From Mustelus asterias (taxonomy: Eukaryota): 64,000 nucleotides of DNA. Both the position numbers and the translations under genes were made by a program. The stretch is taken from NCBI RefSeq assembly GCF_964213995.1, contig NC_135808.1, positions 50,902,001 to 50,966,000 of the forward strand, given 5' to 3'. Of the stretch, positions 11,891-22,799 are shown piece by piece; within the stretch, counting starts at the first letter, position 1, and the number at the start of each line of letters is the position of its first letter. Below the pieces are notes generated by a model. It saw nothing but the letters and a program-made list of their open reading frames with translations. It did not search any database and had not been told where the DNA came from.

Positions 11891-13844
11891 TGTAGGAAGG
11901 GACTAAAGAAGGAAATTAGGAGAGCCAGAAGGGGTCACGAGAAGGCCCTGGCAGGTAGGATTAAGGAAAACCCTAAGGCGTTCTATAAATATGTGAAGAG
12001 TAAAAGGATGAGACGTGAAGGAATAGGGCCTATAAAAGGTGAAGGCGGGAAAGTCTGTACGGAACCAGTAGAAATGGCAGAGGTGCTCAATGAGTATTTT
12101 GCCTCGGTTTTCACAGAGGAGAAGGACCTGGGTGGATGTACTGTGGGCTTGCGGTGGACTGAAAGGATTGAGTATGTGGACTTTAAGAAAGCGGTTGTGC
12201 TGGAATCTTTGAATGGCATCAAGATAGATAAGTCGCCGGGTCCGGATGGGATGTACCCCAGGTTACTGTGGGAGACGAGGGAAGAGATTGCAGAGCCTCT
12301 GGCGATGATCTTTGCGTCGTCGATGGAGATGGGAGAGGTGCCGGAGGATTGGAGGATTGCGGATGTGGTTCCTAATTTCAAGAAGGGGAATGGGGATAGC
12401 TCAGGAAATTACCGACCGGTGAGTCTAACCTCAGTGGTTGGTAAACTGATGGAGAAGATCCTGAGGGACAGGATATATGAGCATTTAAAGAGGTTTAGTA
12501 TGCTCAAGAATACTCAGCATGGCTTTGTCAAGGGCAGATCGTGCCTTACGAGCCTGGTGGAGTTCTTCGAAAATGTGACTAAACACATTGACGAAGGGAA
12601 AGCGGTAGATGTGGTTTATATGGATTTTAGCAAGGCGTTCGATGAGGTCCCCCATGCAAGGCTTCTAGAAAAAGTGAGAGGGCATGGGATTCAAGGGGCT
12701 GCTGCCCGGTGGATCCAGAACTGGCTTGCCCAAGGGACAGTAAGAAGTCTCACAACACCAGGTTAAACTCCACATCATGATTGCCCAAAGGAGGCAGAGA
12801 GTGTGTATATATGGGTCTTTTTCTAAATGGAGGTCGGTCACCAGTGGTGTGCCCCAGGGATCTGTTCTGGGACCCTTGCTGTTTGTCATTTTCATAAATG
12901 ACCTGGATGAGGAAGCGGAGGGATGGGTTGGTAAGTTTGCCGATGATACGAAGGTTGGTGGGGTTGTGGATAGTCTGGAGGGATGTCAGAAGTTACAGAG
13001 GGACATAGATAGGGTGCAAGACTGGGCGGACAAGTGGCAGATGGACTTCAACCCAGATAAATGCGTCATGGTCCATTTTGGTAGGTCAAATGGGATGAAG
13101 GAGTACAATATAAAGGGAAAGACTCTTAGTACTGTAGAGGATCAGAAGGACCTTGGGGTCCAGGTCCATAGGACTCTAAAATCGGCCCCGCAGGTGGAGG
13201 AGGTGGTTAAGAAGGCGTATGGTGTGCTGGCCTTTATCAATCGAGGGATTGAGTTTAGGAGTCCGGGGTTAATGATGCAGCTATATAAGACCCTCGTCAG
13301 ACCCCACTTGGAGTACTGTGCTCAGTTCTGGTTGCCTCACTATAGGAAGGATGTGGAAAAGATTGAAAGAGTGCAGAGGAGATTTACAAGGATGTTGCCT
13401 GGATTGAGTGGCATGCCGTATGAGGATAGGCTGAGGGAGCTCGGTCTTTTCTCCTTGGAGAGACGAAGGATGAGAGGAGACCTAATAGAGGTGTATAAGA
13501 TGTTGAGAGGCATAGATCGGGTGGACTCTCAGAGGCTTTTTCCCAGGGTGGAAATGTCTGCTACGAGAGGACACAAGTTTAAAGTGCTGGGGGGTAGGTA
13601 CAGGGGAGATGTTAGGGGTAAGTTTTTCACACAGAGGGTGGTGGGCGAGTGGAATCGGCTGCCGTCAGTGGTGGTGGAGGTGAACTCAATAAGGTCTTTT
13701 AAGAGACTCCTGGATGAGTACATGGAGCTTAATAGGTTGGAGGGTCATAGGTAGGTCCAGAAGGTAGGGATGTGTTTGGCACAACTTGTGGGCCGAAGGG
13801 CCTGTTTGTGCTGTAGTTTTTCTATGTTCTATGTTCTATCTTCT
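11891..13844 (+). mobile_element. CR1 LINE, 5'-truncated, young
   Basis: ORF2 pieces 11993-12766 and 12777-13754; (TTCTATG)n tail; TSD AAATT (11886-11890 and 13845-13849); the empty site is visible in the paralogue at ~59530-59545. Confidence 0.95.
12737..12780. mobile_element. 44-bp Penelope terminal fragment inserted in CR1 ORF2
   Basis: Matches ~44058-44088 plus an inverted copy of 44021-44032; flanked by TTGCCCAA(G/A)GG duplication. Confidence 0.75.
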
Positions 13845-14172
13845 AAATTAGGAAGGCAAATGGAATGTTGCTCTTCATTCCAATGAGGATGAGTATAAAA
13901 GTAGGGATGTCTTACTACAGCTGTACAGCACATTGGGAAAATCACACCTGGAATATTGTGGACACTTTTGGTCTCCTTACTTAAAGAAGGATATAGTAGC
14001 ATTGGAAAGAGTTCAGAGGAGGTTCATGAGGCTGATTCCACTGAGTAATGGATTGTCTTATGAGGAAAGCTTGAGCAGGTTGGGCCGATACTCATTGGAG
14101 TAGAACTTATTCCACCACCTCAGCACCAACTTCACCAGGGCAATTAGGGATGGGTAATAAATGCTGGTCTGC

Positions 14173-15072
14173 ATAGAATCACAGAAAATAGGAACAGGAG
14201 GAGGCCATTTGGCCCTTTGAGCCTGTGTCACTATTCATCATGATCATGGCTGATCATCCAATCAGTAGCCAGGTCCTGTCTTCCCCCCCAAATTCTTCGA
14301 TCCCATTCACCCCAAGAGTTAAATCTAACTCCTTCTTGAAAACGTGCAATATTTTGGCCTCAACTGCTTTCTGTGGTAGTGAATTCCACAGGTTTACGCC
14401 TCTCTGGGTGAAGGAATTTCTCCTCACCTCAGTCCTAAAAGATTTACTCCATATCCTCAGACTGTGACCCCTCAAACTGGATGCTCCCAGCACTGGGAAC
14501 ATGCTTCCTGTATCTACCCTGTCTAGTCCTGTTGGAATTTTATAGATTTTTATACGATTCTCCCCTCATTCTTCTGAACTGCACTGAGGGCAGCACGGTG
14601 GCACTGTGGTTAGCACTGCTGCCTCAGAGCAACAGGGACCCAGGTTCGATTCCCGGCTTGGGTCACTGTGTAGAGTTTGGACATTCTCCCCGTGTCTGTG
14701 TGGGTTTCCTCCAGGTGCTCCGGTTTCCTCCCACAGTCCAAAAGGTGTGCAGGTTAGGTGAATTGGCCATGCTAAATTCTCCCTCAATATACCCGAACAG
14801 GCACCGGAATATGGCCACATGGGGATTTTCACAGTGACTTCATTGCAGTACGAATGTAAGCCTACTTGTGACCAATAAATAAATTTTTTAAAAAAATAAT
14901 CTTAACCAACGCAATCTCTCCTCCTACATCAATCCCACTATCGCAGAAATCATTCCAGTAAACCTTTGCTGCACTCCCTCTGTCGCAAAAACATCCTTCC
15001 TCAGATAAGGAGAGTAAAACTGTACACATTATTCCCAGTGTGGCCTCATCAAGGCCCTGTATAACTGCAGAA
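14173..15072 (-). mobile_element. CR1 3'-end fragment interrupted by a SINE
   Basis: RGHSLRI...RRNSFTQRGVNLWNSLP motif in ORF 14254-14502. Confidence 0.8.
14588..14882 (+). mobile_element. tRNA-derived V-SINE
   Basis: A box TGGCACTGTGG, B box GGTTCGATTCCC, conserved core TTCTCCCCGTGTCTG...GGGTTTCCTCC...GGTTTCCTCCCACAGTCCAAA. Confidence 0.88.
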
Positions 15073-15152
15073 AACACAGTAAGAAGTTTAACAACACCAG
15101 GTTAACGTCCAACAGGTTTATTTGGTAGCAAGTGCCACTAGCTTTCGGCAGC
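15073..15152 (-). mobile_element. Penelope terminal fragment with half a hammerhead
   Basis: Matches ~44054-44135; reverse strand reads CCGAAAGCTAGTG. Confidence 0.7.
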
Positions 15153-15458
15153 AGATTCAAAAACCAGGGAGCATAGATTTAATTTCAGAAGCAGAAGATT
15201 TTGAGGGATTGGAGGAAAAACTTTTTCACTCAGAGGCTGTTGGGAATCTGAAACTCACTGCCTGAAAGGGTGGTAGATACAGGAACCCTCACAACATTTA
15301 AGAAGTATTTAGATGAGCATTTGAAATTCCAAAGCATACAAGGCTACGGACCAAGTGCTGGAAAATGGGATTAGAATAGTTGGGTGCTTAATGGCCGGCA
15401 GAGACAGGATGGGCTGAAGGGCCTCTTTCTGTGCTGTAAAGTTCTATGACACTATGAC
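15153..15458 (+). mobile_element. CR1 3'-end fragment
   Basis: TTTTTCACTCAGAGG...GGGCTGAAGGGCCT...TTCTATGAC tail. Confidence 0.7.
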
Positions 15459-15879
15459 TGAATCAAGATGGCCGAGAAGCTAGAGTGACCACCTTCTGGA
15501 AAATTCCGATGTGGATTATATTTGACAGCCTAGACCCAAGAGAAGATGAAATGTCACAGCTGAGAGGTGTCAGGGACTTCTTCAAACAGGAAACAGAAAT
15601 GCAGATAGAAAAAATGCCAAAGACTGAACTTTAATCTGCTGTCGTTACAGAGACAATGGAGACTGATTGTCACATCTCAGCAGACATCCAAAACCCATCT
15701 CCTGTTGAATTATATATCTCAGAATGTGGAAATGGTCTGAGTTCAAAGTAAACTGACTCTGGAGTGAAAGACATGTTTGTTTGTTATCTTTCAGGAAACA
15801 ACAGGGAAATGGGTTAAAAAGCCAACTGCACACCTGAGCTGTGTGTACTGGTGCGGGTGTGACAGAATGTGAGTGGGAC

Positions 15880-16100
15880 ATTCTTCCGGCTGCTCCAGTT
15901 TCCTCCCACAGTCCAAAGGTCTGCAGGTTAGATGGATTGGCCATGCTAAATTACCCCTAGTGTGTTCTTTAGGTGGGTTAGCAATGGTAAATGTGCAGGG
16001 TTACAGGGATAGGGTGGGGAGCCTGGGTAAGAAGCTCTTTCAGAGAGTTGGGACAGATTCGATGGACTGAATAGTCTCCTTCTGCACTGTAGAGATTCAA
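15880..16100 (+). mobile_element. Partial V-SINE with CR1-derived tail (HE1-like)
   Basis: GTTTCCTCCCACAGTCCAAAG core; CCTTCTGCACTGTAG tail. Confidence 0.7.
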
Positions 16101-16134
16101 TGGCTAATAAAGGATTACGTGGACTGTGTAAGGT

Positions 16135-17696
16135 TTCCATGGGATAAAGGGGGAAGTGGCTAGATGGGTGGAGAACTGGCTTGGTCATAGAAGACAGAGG
16201 GTGGTAGTGGAAGGGTCTTTTTCCGGCTGGAGGCCTGTGACTAGTGGAGTACCGCAGGGCTCTGTATTGGGACCTCTGCTGTTTGTGATTTATATAAATG
16301 ATCTGGAAGAAGGAGTAACTGGGGTGATCAGTAAGTTTGCGGACGACACAAAACTGGCAGGACTTGCAGATAGTGAGGAACATTGTCAGAGGCTACAGAA
16401 GGATATAGATAGGCTGGAAATTTGGGCAAGGAAATGGCAGATGGAGTTCAATCCTGATAAATGCGAAGTGATGCATTTTGGTGGGAATAATGTAGGGAGG
16501 AGCTACACGATAAATGGAAGAACCATAAAGGGTGCAGAGACGCAGAGGGACCTGGGTGTGCAAGTCCACAGATCTTTGAAGGTGACGTCACAGGTGGTGA
16601 AGAAGGCATATGGCATGCTTGCCTTTATAGGACGGGGCATAGAGTATAAAAGTTGGGGTCTGATGTTGCAGATGTATAGAACGTTGGTTCGGCCGCATTT
16701 GGAATACTGCGTCCAGTTCTGGTCGCCACACTACCAGAAGGACGTGGAGGCTTTGGAGAGAGTACAGAGGAGGTTTACCAGGATGTTGCCTGGTATGGAG
16801 GGGCTTGGTTATGAGGAGAGATTGGGGAAACTGGGGTTGTTCTCCTTGGAAAGACGGAGGATGAGGGGAGACTTAATAGAGGTGTATAAAATTATGAAAG
16901 GCATAGATAGGGTGAACGGTGGGAAGCTTTTCCCCGGGTCGGTGGTGACGTTCACGAGGGGTCATAGTTTCAAGGTGAAGGGGGGGAGGTTTAACACAGA
17001 TATCAGAAGGACATATTTTACACAGAGGGTCGTGGGGGCCTGGAATGTGTTGCCGGGCAAGGTGGTGGAGGCGGACACACTGGGAACGTTTAAGACTTAT
17101 CTAGACAGCTATATGAACGGAGTGGGAATGGAGGGATACAAAAGAGTGGTTTAGTTTGGACCGGGGAGCGGCGCGGGCTAATTGTTCTTTGTTTCTCGTT
17201 TCAAGGCTTCATTCTATGATCAACTTGCTGGTGCCAGTACAGAGCGAGACTGCGGATAGTTGGGAACCTGTCTCGGGGGCAGGGAATTCATATGGTGTTC
17301 GTGGAAGTGGAAATGAATAGGGTTGGGAAGCATTTTCCGATCAGGGCCAGTGTGATCTCCTGGACTCGTTTCGATCGCCTCAGGGGGTCGGAGAGGAATT
17401 TCCCAGATTTTTTTTCCCCATATTGGCCCTGGGGTTTTCACTCTGGGTTTTCGCCTCTCCCTGGAGATCACATGGTCTGGAATGGGGGGGTGGGGGTGAG
17501 TAAATAGGTTGTAATGAACAAAGCATCATAGCTGTGAGGGACAGCTCGGTGGATAGGATATTGGTATGTAGATAGGCTGGAAGATTGGGCGGGGTTCCTG
17601 GATTCAGGATTCAATCCTGGACCGGGGAGCGGCGCGGGCTTGGAGGGCCGAAGGGCCTGTTCCTGTGCTGTATTGTTCTTTGTTCTTTGTTCTTTG
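16135..17696 (+). mobile_element. CR1 LINE, 5'-truncated, with extended composite 3' UTR
   Basis: ORF 16156-17154 RT C-terminus; duplicated GGACCGGGGAGCGGCGCGGGCT at ~17158 and ~17619; (TGTTCTT)n tail. Confidence 0.93.
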
Positions 17697-18499
17697 GGTG
17701 AAGGGATCCATTTTAAATGAACCTTGTTGTGACCAATCGAGGGCGGGGTTGAATAAAGTCAGGGATCCAGCTGATTACTCCTCACCCAGGAGCAAAACAA
17801 AATTGGGATCCGGTTCAGGAAGTTAACAAATGAGGGACCTTGTCTGAGGACTGGTCACAACATGTACACAGCAAGATCCCACACACAGCAATGAGAACAA
17901 TCAGCATTTTCAGTGATGTTGGATCCGGGATAAATATTGGATTGAACCCGTCCCAGAGAGAAAGTAACTGAGAGTCTCCCCAAAAGCCTGGAACACTGAA
18001 GCCACTGGATTGTGGGCCCTGCTGTAGCTGTTTGTCATCAGAACTTTAGCAAGAGATAAGCAGGGAGTGGAGAGAGCAGAGTGAAAGCTGGGGGAGGTGG
18101 CACCTCGGTGTCTCACTGTGCTGGTGCTGTGATCAGTTATATCAGAGAGTGTGACAGGGAGTCCGACTTCACATCAAACTCTGCCTGTGTGTGTCACACT
18201 GAGACTGACAGGAGTCTAGAGAGTGATTTCACTCCATGCTGCAGGAATGTGAGCACAGTCTGCAAACGTCCAGATCTCCTCCACACGGTGGGTAAAAGCT
18301 GCTTACTTATATCTTGCTGCTTAAAGGGGGGAATGGAAGGAAAGAAATACAGCTGGGCTCCCTGTTCCACACAATGTTCTTCAATCAACCATTTCATTGA
18401 CTGCAGCTTCCTCACCAACACCTTCAACTATTCAGCATTTGTGTTTGAGAAAGTTTCAGCATTGAAAGGGTTAATAACGGAGGATTGGGCTTTACTTAC

Positions 18500-18534
18500 T
18501 CAGTCTGAGTTTGGTTCCTTTACCGAACGTAAGG
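18500..18534 (-). CDS. IGKJ: Ig light-chain J segment (LTFGKGTKLRL)
   Basis: FGXG motif; GTAAGT donor at 18499-18494; phase-1 splice to C gives ACC (Thr); adjacent 23-RSS. Confidence 0.96.
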
Positions 18535-18573
18535 CACACTGACAGCTTCCAGTGCAGGAGCTGTACAAAAACC
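18535..18573 (+). other. J recombination signal sequence, 23-bp spacer
   Basis: Heptamer CACACTG (18535-18541, 6/7 consensus), 23-nt spacer, perfect nonamer ACAAAAACC (18565-18573). Confidence 0.95.
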
Positions 18574-18846
18574 TCTGCTCTCTGCCTCACTCACTCACTC
18601 ACTCATCTCTTCTCTCTCACTCTTTCTCTCTCACTCTTTCTCTCTCTCTGTTTCTCTCAATGTCTCAGTGTTTTGTTGGGAGAGTTGAGAATTCTAATTT
18701 GAGATGATAAATCTTTCAGCTGCCCTTCATATGTGGACATGGAGAGTAAGAGGGAAACTCGAGGCCTTCAGCGAGCGGTGGACACCACAGGGACTGGAGT
18801 GTGTAGTGGACAGTGCAAATAATTTGTCCAGTTTCCTTTCTTGTCT

Positions 18847-19575
18847 TTATTATATATTATATAAAACTGTGGGATGTGTCAGTACAGGAGGTGGGACTGT
18901 GTGTCCATTATTATATATTATATAAAACTGTGGGATGTGTCAGTACAGGAGGTGGGACTGTGTGTCCATTATTATATATTATATAAAACTGTGGGATGTG
19001 TCAGTACAGGAGGTGGGACTGTGTGTCCATTATTATATATTATATAAAACTGTGGGATGTGTCAGTACAGGAGGTGGGACTGTGTGTCCATTATTATATA
19101 TTATATAAAACTGTGGGATGTGTCAGTACAGGAGGTGGTGCTGTGTGTCCATTATTATATATTATATAAAACTGTGGGATGTGTCAGTACAGGAGGTGGG
19201 ACTGTGTGTCCATTATTATATATTATATAAAACTGTGGGATGTGTCAGTACAGGAGGTGGGACTGTGTGTCCATTATTATATATTATATAAAACTGTGGG
19301 ATGTGTCAGTACAGGAGGTGGGACTGTGTGTCCATTATTATATATTATATAAAACTGTGGGATGTGTCAGTACAGGAGGTGGTGCTGTGTGTCCATTATT
19401 ATATATTATATAAAACTGTGGGATGTGTCAGTACAGGAGGTGGGACTGTGTGTCCATTATTATACATTATATAAAACTGTGGGATGTGTCAGTACAGGAG
19501 GTGGTGCTGTGTGTCCATTATTATATATTATATTAAACTGTGGGATGTGTCAGTACAGGAGGTGGTGCTGTGTGT
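18847..19575. repeat. 61-bp minisatellite, ~12 copies, between the V and J RSSs
   Basis: Unit TTATTATATATTATATAAAACTGTGGGATGTGTCAGTACAGGAGGTGG(GA/TG)CTGTGTGTCCA; unit 1 at 18847, unit 12 at 19518. Confidence 0.97.
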
Positions 19576-19580
19576 GTTGG

Positions 19581-19608
19581 GGTTTTTGTAAGGCTCTGTA
19601 TCACTGTG
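19581..19608 (-). other. V recombination signal sequence, 12-bp spacer
   Basis: CACAGTG (19608-19602), 12-nt spacer, ACAAAAACC (19589-19581); perfect consensus, kappa-type V12/J23 arrangement. Confidence 0.97.
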
Positions 19609-19907
19609 TAGAGGGTAGTTTTCACCTTGCTGACAGTAATAATCAGCGACATCCTCATTCTGTACATTGCTGATTTTTAGGGTGAAACTTGTCCCAGATT
19701 GACTCCCGCTGAATCGGTCGGATATTCCTGTGAATCGTGTTGATGCACGATAAATCAGCAGAGCCGGTTTCTGTCCTTCTCGCTGTTGGTACCAATTCAC
19801 GTAACTGCTAACAGATTGACTGGCCGTACAGGTGATGGTGGCGGTCTGCCCCAGGCTCACTGACAGCACCGGGGGAGACTGGGTCATGATGCTGTCTCCA
19901 TTGATAC
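19609..19907 (-). CDS. IGKV: Ig light-chain V exon, kappa / type III (NS4-like)
   Basis: AG acceptor at 19908-19909; [53 protein letters not shown]...[36 protein letters not shown], open frame with conserved Cys, Trp and YYC. Confidence 0.97.
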
Positions 19908-20093
19908 CTGAGGGGTAATAGAGAAACAGAGTGAAGTAAGAACTGTCACAGAAAGACGCTGTACAATGAGATATTGTTGGAGACACTGACTGTTCCTCTC
20001 CTTTCAGCATTTTCCCTTCAATCACAAGTCAGGAGAATTGGATTGAAATGGAGAGCAGGAAAATATTCAAGGTGGAAGGAGAGAGATTTGTAC

Positions 20094-20142
20094 CTGCGAT
20101 GCAGAATGCCAGAGGCCAGAGCAGCTGGATGGCTGAAATCAT
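20094..20142 (-). CDS. IGKV: Ig V leader exon (MISAIQLLWPLAFCIA-G)
   Basis: ACCATG Kozak context; hydrophobic signal peptide; 49 nt, phase 1; GT donor at 20093-20092; 186-nt intron. Confidence 0.92.
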
Positions 20143-20202
20143 GGTGTGTGGTCGTGTCCCTGTGCCTGGTTACTGATAAACTCTCCCTTCACTGGGCTCT
20201 GC

Positions 20203-20281
20203 TTTATAAAGCTGCAGCCTGTCAGAGTCTCACTGCCTGTTCCTCAGTTTGTAAATGGTCTGACCCAGAGAAACCACGTCA
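20203..20281 (-). promoter_or_regulatory. V-gene promoter: TATA box, degenerate octamer, CRE-like site
   Basis: TTTATAAA at 20203-20210; ATTTACAA (6/8 of ATTTGCAT) at 20256-20249; TGACGTGG at 20281-20274. Confidence 0.55.
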
Positions 20282-21307
20282 GCACCTTTCACTTCCTCTT
20301 CTTCTCTCTCCCTCCCTCAGTCTCTGTCCCTCAGTCTCTGTCCCTCAGTCTCTGTCCCTCAGACTGTTTCCTCAGTGTCTGTCTCTCTCACTCTATTGAT
20401 ATCTCTCCCTCACTCACTGTCCCTTTCACTCTCTGAGTAACTGCCCATTATTTTTTTAAATGAAAGCTACTTGCCTGGGGGGAGTGTTCTCATTGTTCAC
20501 CCGGAGCAAGGCTGAGAGGAGCGATTTGTGATACAGTAAAAAGGGTAAGGGAATAACTTTATTTTCATTACTTTATCACGGGGTTTCTTTTTTACCAGTT
20601 TTAGGCAAAAAGCGGAAGTAGGCCGGGCGCGGGGTGACCTGGGAAAAAACATTTTTTAAGCGCGCGGGAGGTTTAAGAAGCAGGCCACACTATCCAGCGG
20701 GCAGCGTTGTAGCGGGCAGCGGAGTGAGAGCTAAAGGGCTTTGGCTCATCGGGCTTAGGCGGAAACAGGCGAGGCAGGTAGGGTTATTTCTTAGTTTGTA
20801 ATAACTTAAACTAGGTAATTATGATGGAGGGTCATGTGATGTGTTGTTTCTGCATGATGTGGGAGCTGGTGGACCCCACTGTGATTCCCAGTGAGCATGT
20901 CTGCAGTAAGTGTTAGTTGCTTGAGGAACTCCGGCTCAGCGTTGATGAGCTGGATTCTGAGCTTCGGACACTGCGATATATCAGGCAGGGGGATAGTTAC
21001 CTGGACACTTTCAGGAGGCAGTCACAGCCCTTAGACTAACTAATTCAGCCGGGGGTCAGGGACAAGAGGGTGTGGCTGCGAGTGAGGCAGGAAGTGGGAT
21101 CCAGAAGGTAGAGTTGCAGGAGCCTCAGTCCCTGAATCTGTACAACAGGTTTGAGATTCTTGCTCCCAGTGTGGACGGGAACGGGGACTGCAAGGAGGAC
21201 GAGCAAACTGCCCATGGCACCGTGGTACAGGGAGCCGTTCAGATGGAGGAGGAAAAAAGAAATGTCGTGGTAATTGGGGATAGTATAGTTAGGGGCATTG
21301 ACACTAT

Positions 21308-21610
21308 CATAGGATTATAGAATCCCTGCGGTGCGGAGGGAGGCCATTCAGCCCATCGAGTTTGCACCGACCACAATCCCACCCAGGCCCTATTCCTGTA
21401 ACCCCACATATTTGCCCTGCTAGTCCCCCTGACACTAGGGGTAAATTTGGCATGGCCAATCAACCTAGCCTGCACAGTTTTGGACTGTGGAGGGAGTCCC
21501 ACACAGACACGGGGAGAGCGTGCGGGCGCCGCACAGACGGTAGCCCGAGGCCGGAGTTGAACCCGGGTCCCTGATGCTGTGAGGTAGCAGTGCTAACCAC
21601 TGTGCCACCT
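21308..21610 (-). mobile_element. HE1-like V-SINE with A-to-G changes on the plus strand
   Basis: Aligns to 39331-39668; about a dozen A>G differences. Confidence 0.85.
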
Positions 21611-22799
21611 TTTGAGGCCTTTTAACGGGCTTCAGCAGGGCTCATGCCAGCTTGGCCACCAGCAGTATTACAGTTCCCAGCCAGGGCCCGCTCATCCAAA
21701 GGAAGGCCTGCTTGTGGTCTTGTGCTGAAAGGTGTGTTTGAGTGGAACTGGGGACAGGATCAGCAGACACTGTCTAATAGCTCACCGTGATGAGATAGTA
21801 AATGGGTCAGAATCTGTGGAATCCTACGCCAATGTAGAACCAGAGAGAAAAGGGAAGAAAACTAGACAGTTTAAGAAAAAATAAAATCACTGACAGATTA
21901 CACTGTTCTTTGGTTTGAGTTGGCAAGAAGAAAAGTAAGTGGAAATTTCTGACCAGCACAATAAGCCAGTATGTAGAAAACTGCGCAACTGTGACTTAGC
22001 TTTAATTTTAATTCTGCATTCTGCACAAATAAGAATTTCTATGTTTATAACTTTCCACAAATCTAAATGGCAGCCTTAATCATGGAATTAAGAGAATTGA
22101 TAGGGATAAACGTGGAACTAGTCTAGAAATCTGATATGATCTCAATATTATTGGTTAGGTAATCCAGCCTAAACAAAGCCTATCCACTGAAAAATGCCTT
22201 TGAAGCTTTTTTTTGTCAAACTGACAGAAATAAGGCTGTTGAAGCAGAAGGCTCACTGTTAAGTTTTGAGAGCTGAAGGGACTAAATTCATAATTTATTA
22301 TACTGCACATTGGTTGGAGTTATTCATGGGACATTGCTCCAATGTCATGCTCAGGAAGCCCACCTCATTCCCAGAGCATGAAACCTGCTGAATTGGGAAG
22401 GTAGACGCAGTGGGTACCAAGGCTCAGGTTGTTGTTCCTGGGTTAGGTGCAGAGGCAGGAGAATTCCCAGCTCCACAAGCCCAACCTTTAAAAATGGCCT
22501 CCTGACCTGGTGTTTGGACCGGTGGGATGGGGGCTGGAATAGGAGTTAGGGGGTGACCGCAGAAGTAGTTAGGTAGGCCTGGTGTGGGTTGGACGACTCA
22601 GACACAGATAAAAAGCAGACCTTAAAAGTCCTATTTGAGAAGTAGGTCGTCCACGATGAAACCCCTGTGCCTCCGAGGGAATGTCGTTGCCTTGGCAAGG
22701 GAGTGTCAAAGTTATAAATGGTGTCCAACTGTTAGCCGATCCTGGAATGGATGGCCCATCATGGACTTTCCCAATGGAAGAATTGTCATTGTTGCTGCC

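Noticed and set aside
14588-14660. tRNA genes here and at other A/B-box sites
   Set aside because: They are tRNA-derived SINE heads followed by the SINE core and tail
18847-19575. CRISPR-like array
   Set aside because: Head-to-tail units with no unique spacers, no cas genes, vertebrate context; it is a minisatellite
18847-19575. Functional extra RSSs or D segments in the repeat units
   Set aside because: Heptamer-like words have no nonamer at 12 or 23 bp
19528-20025. 165-aa single-exon ORF as the V protein
   Set aside because: The N-terminal part is leader intron and the C-terminal part is RSS and repeat; the real exon is 19609-19907
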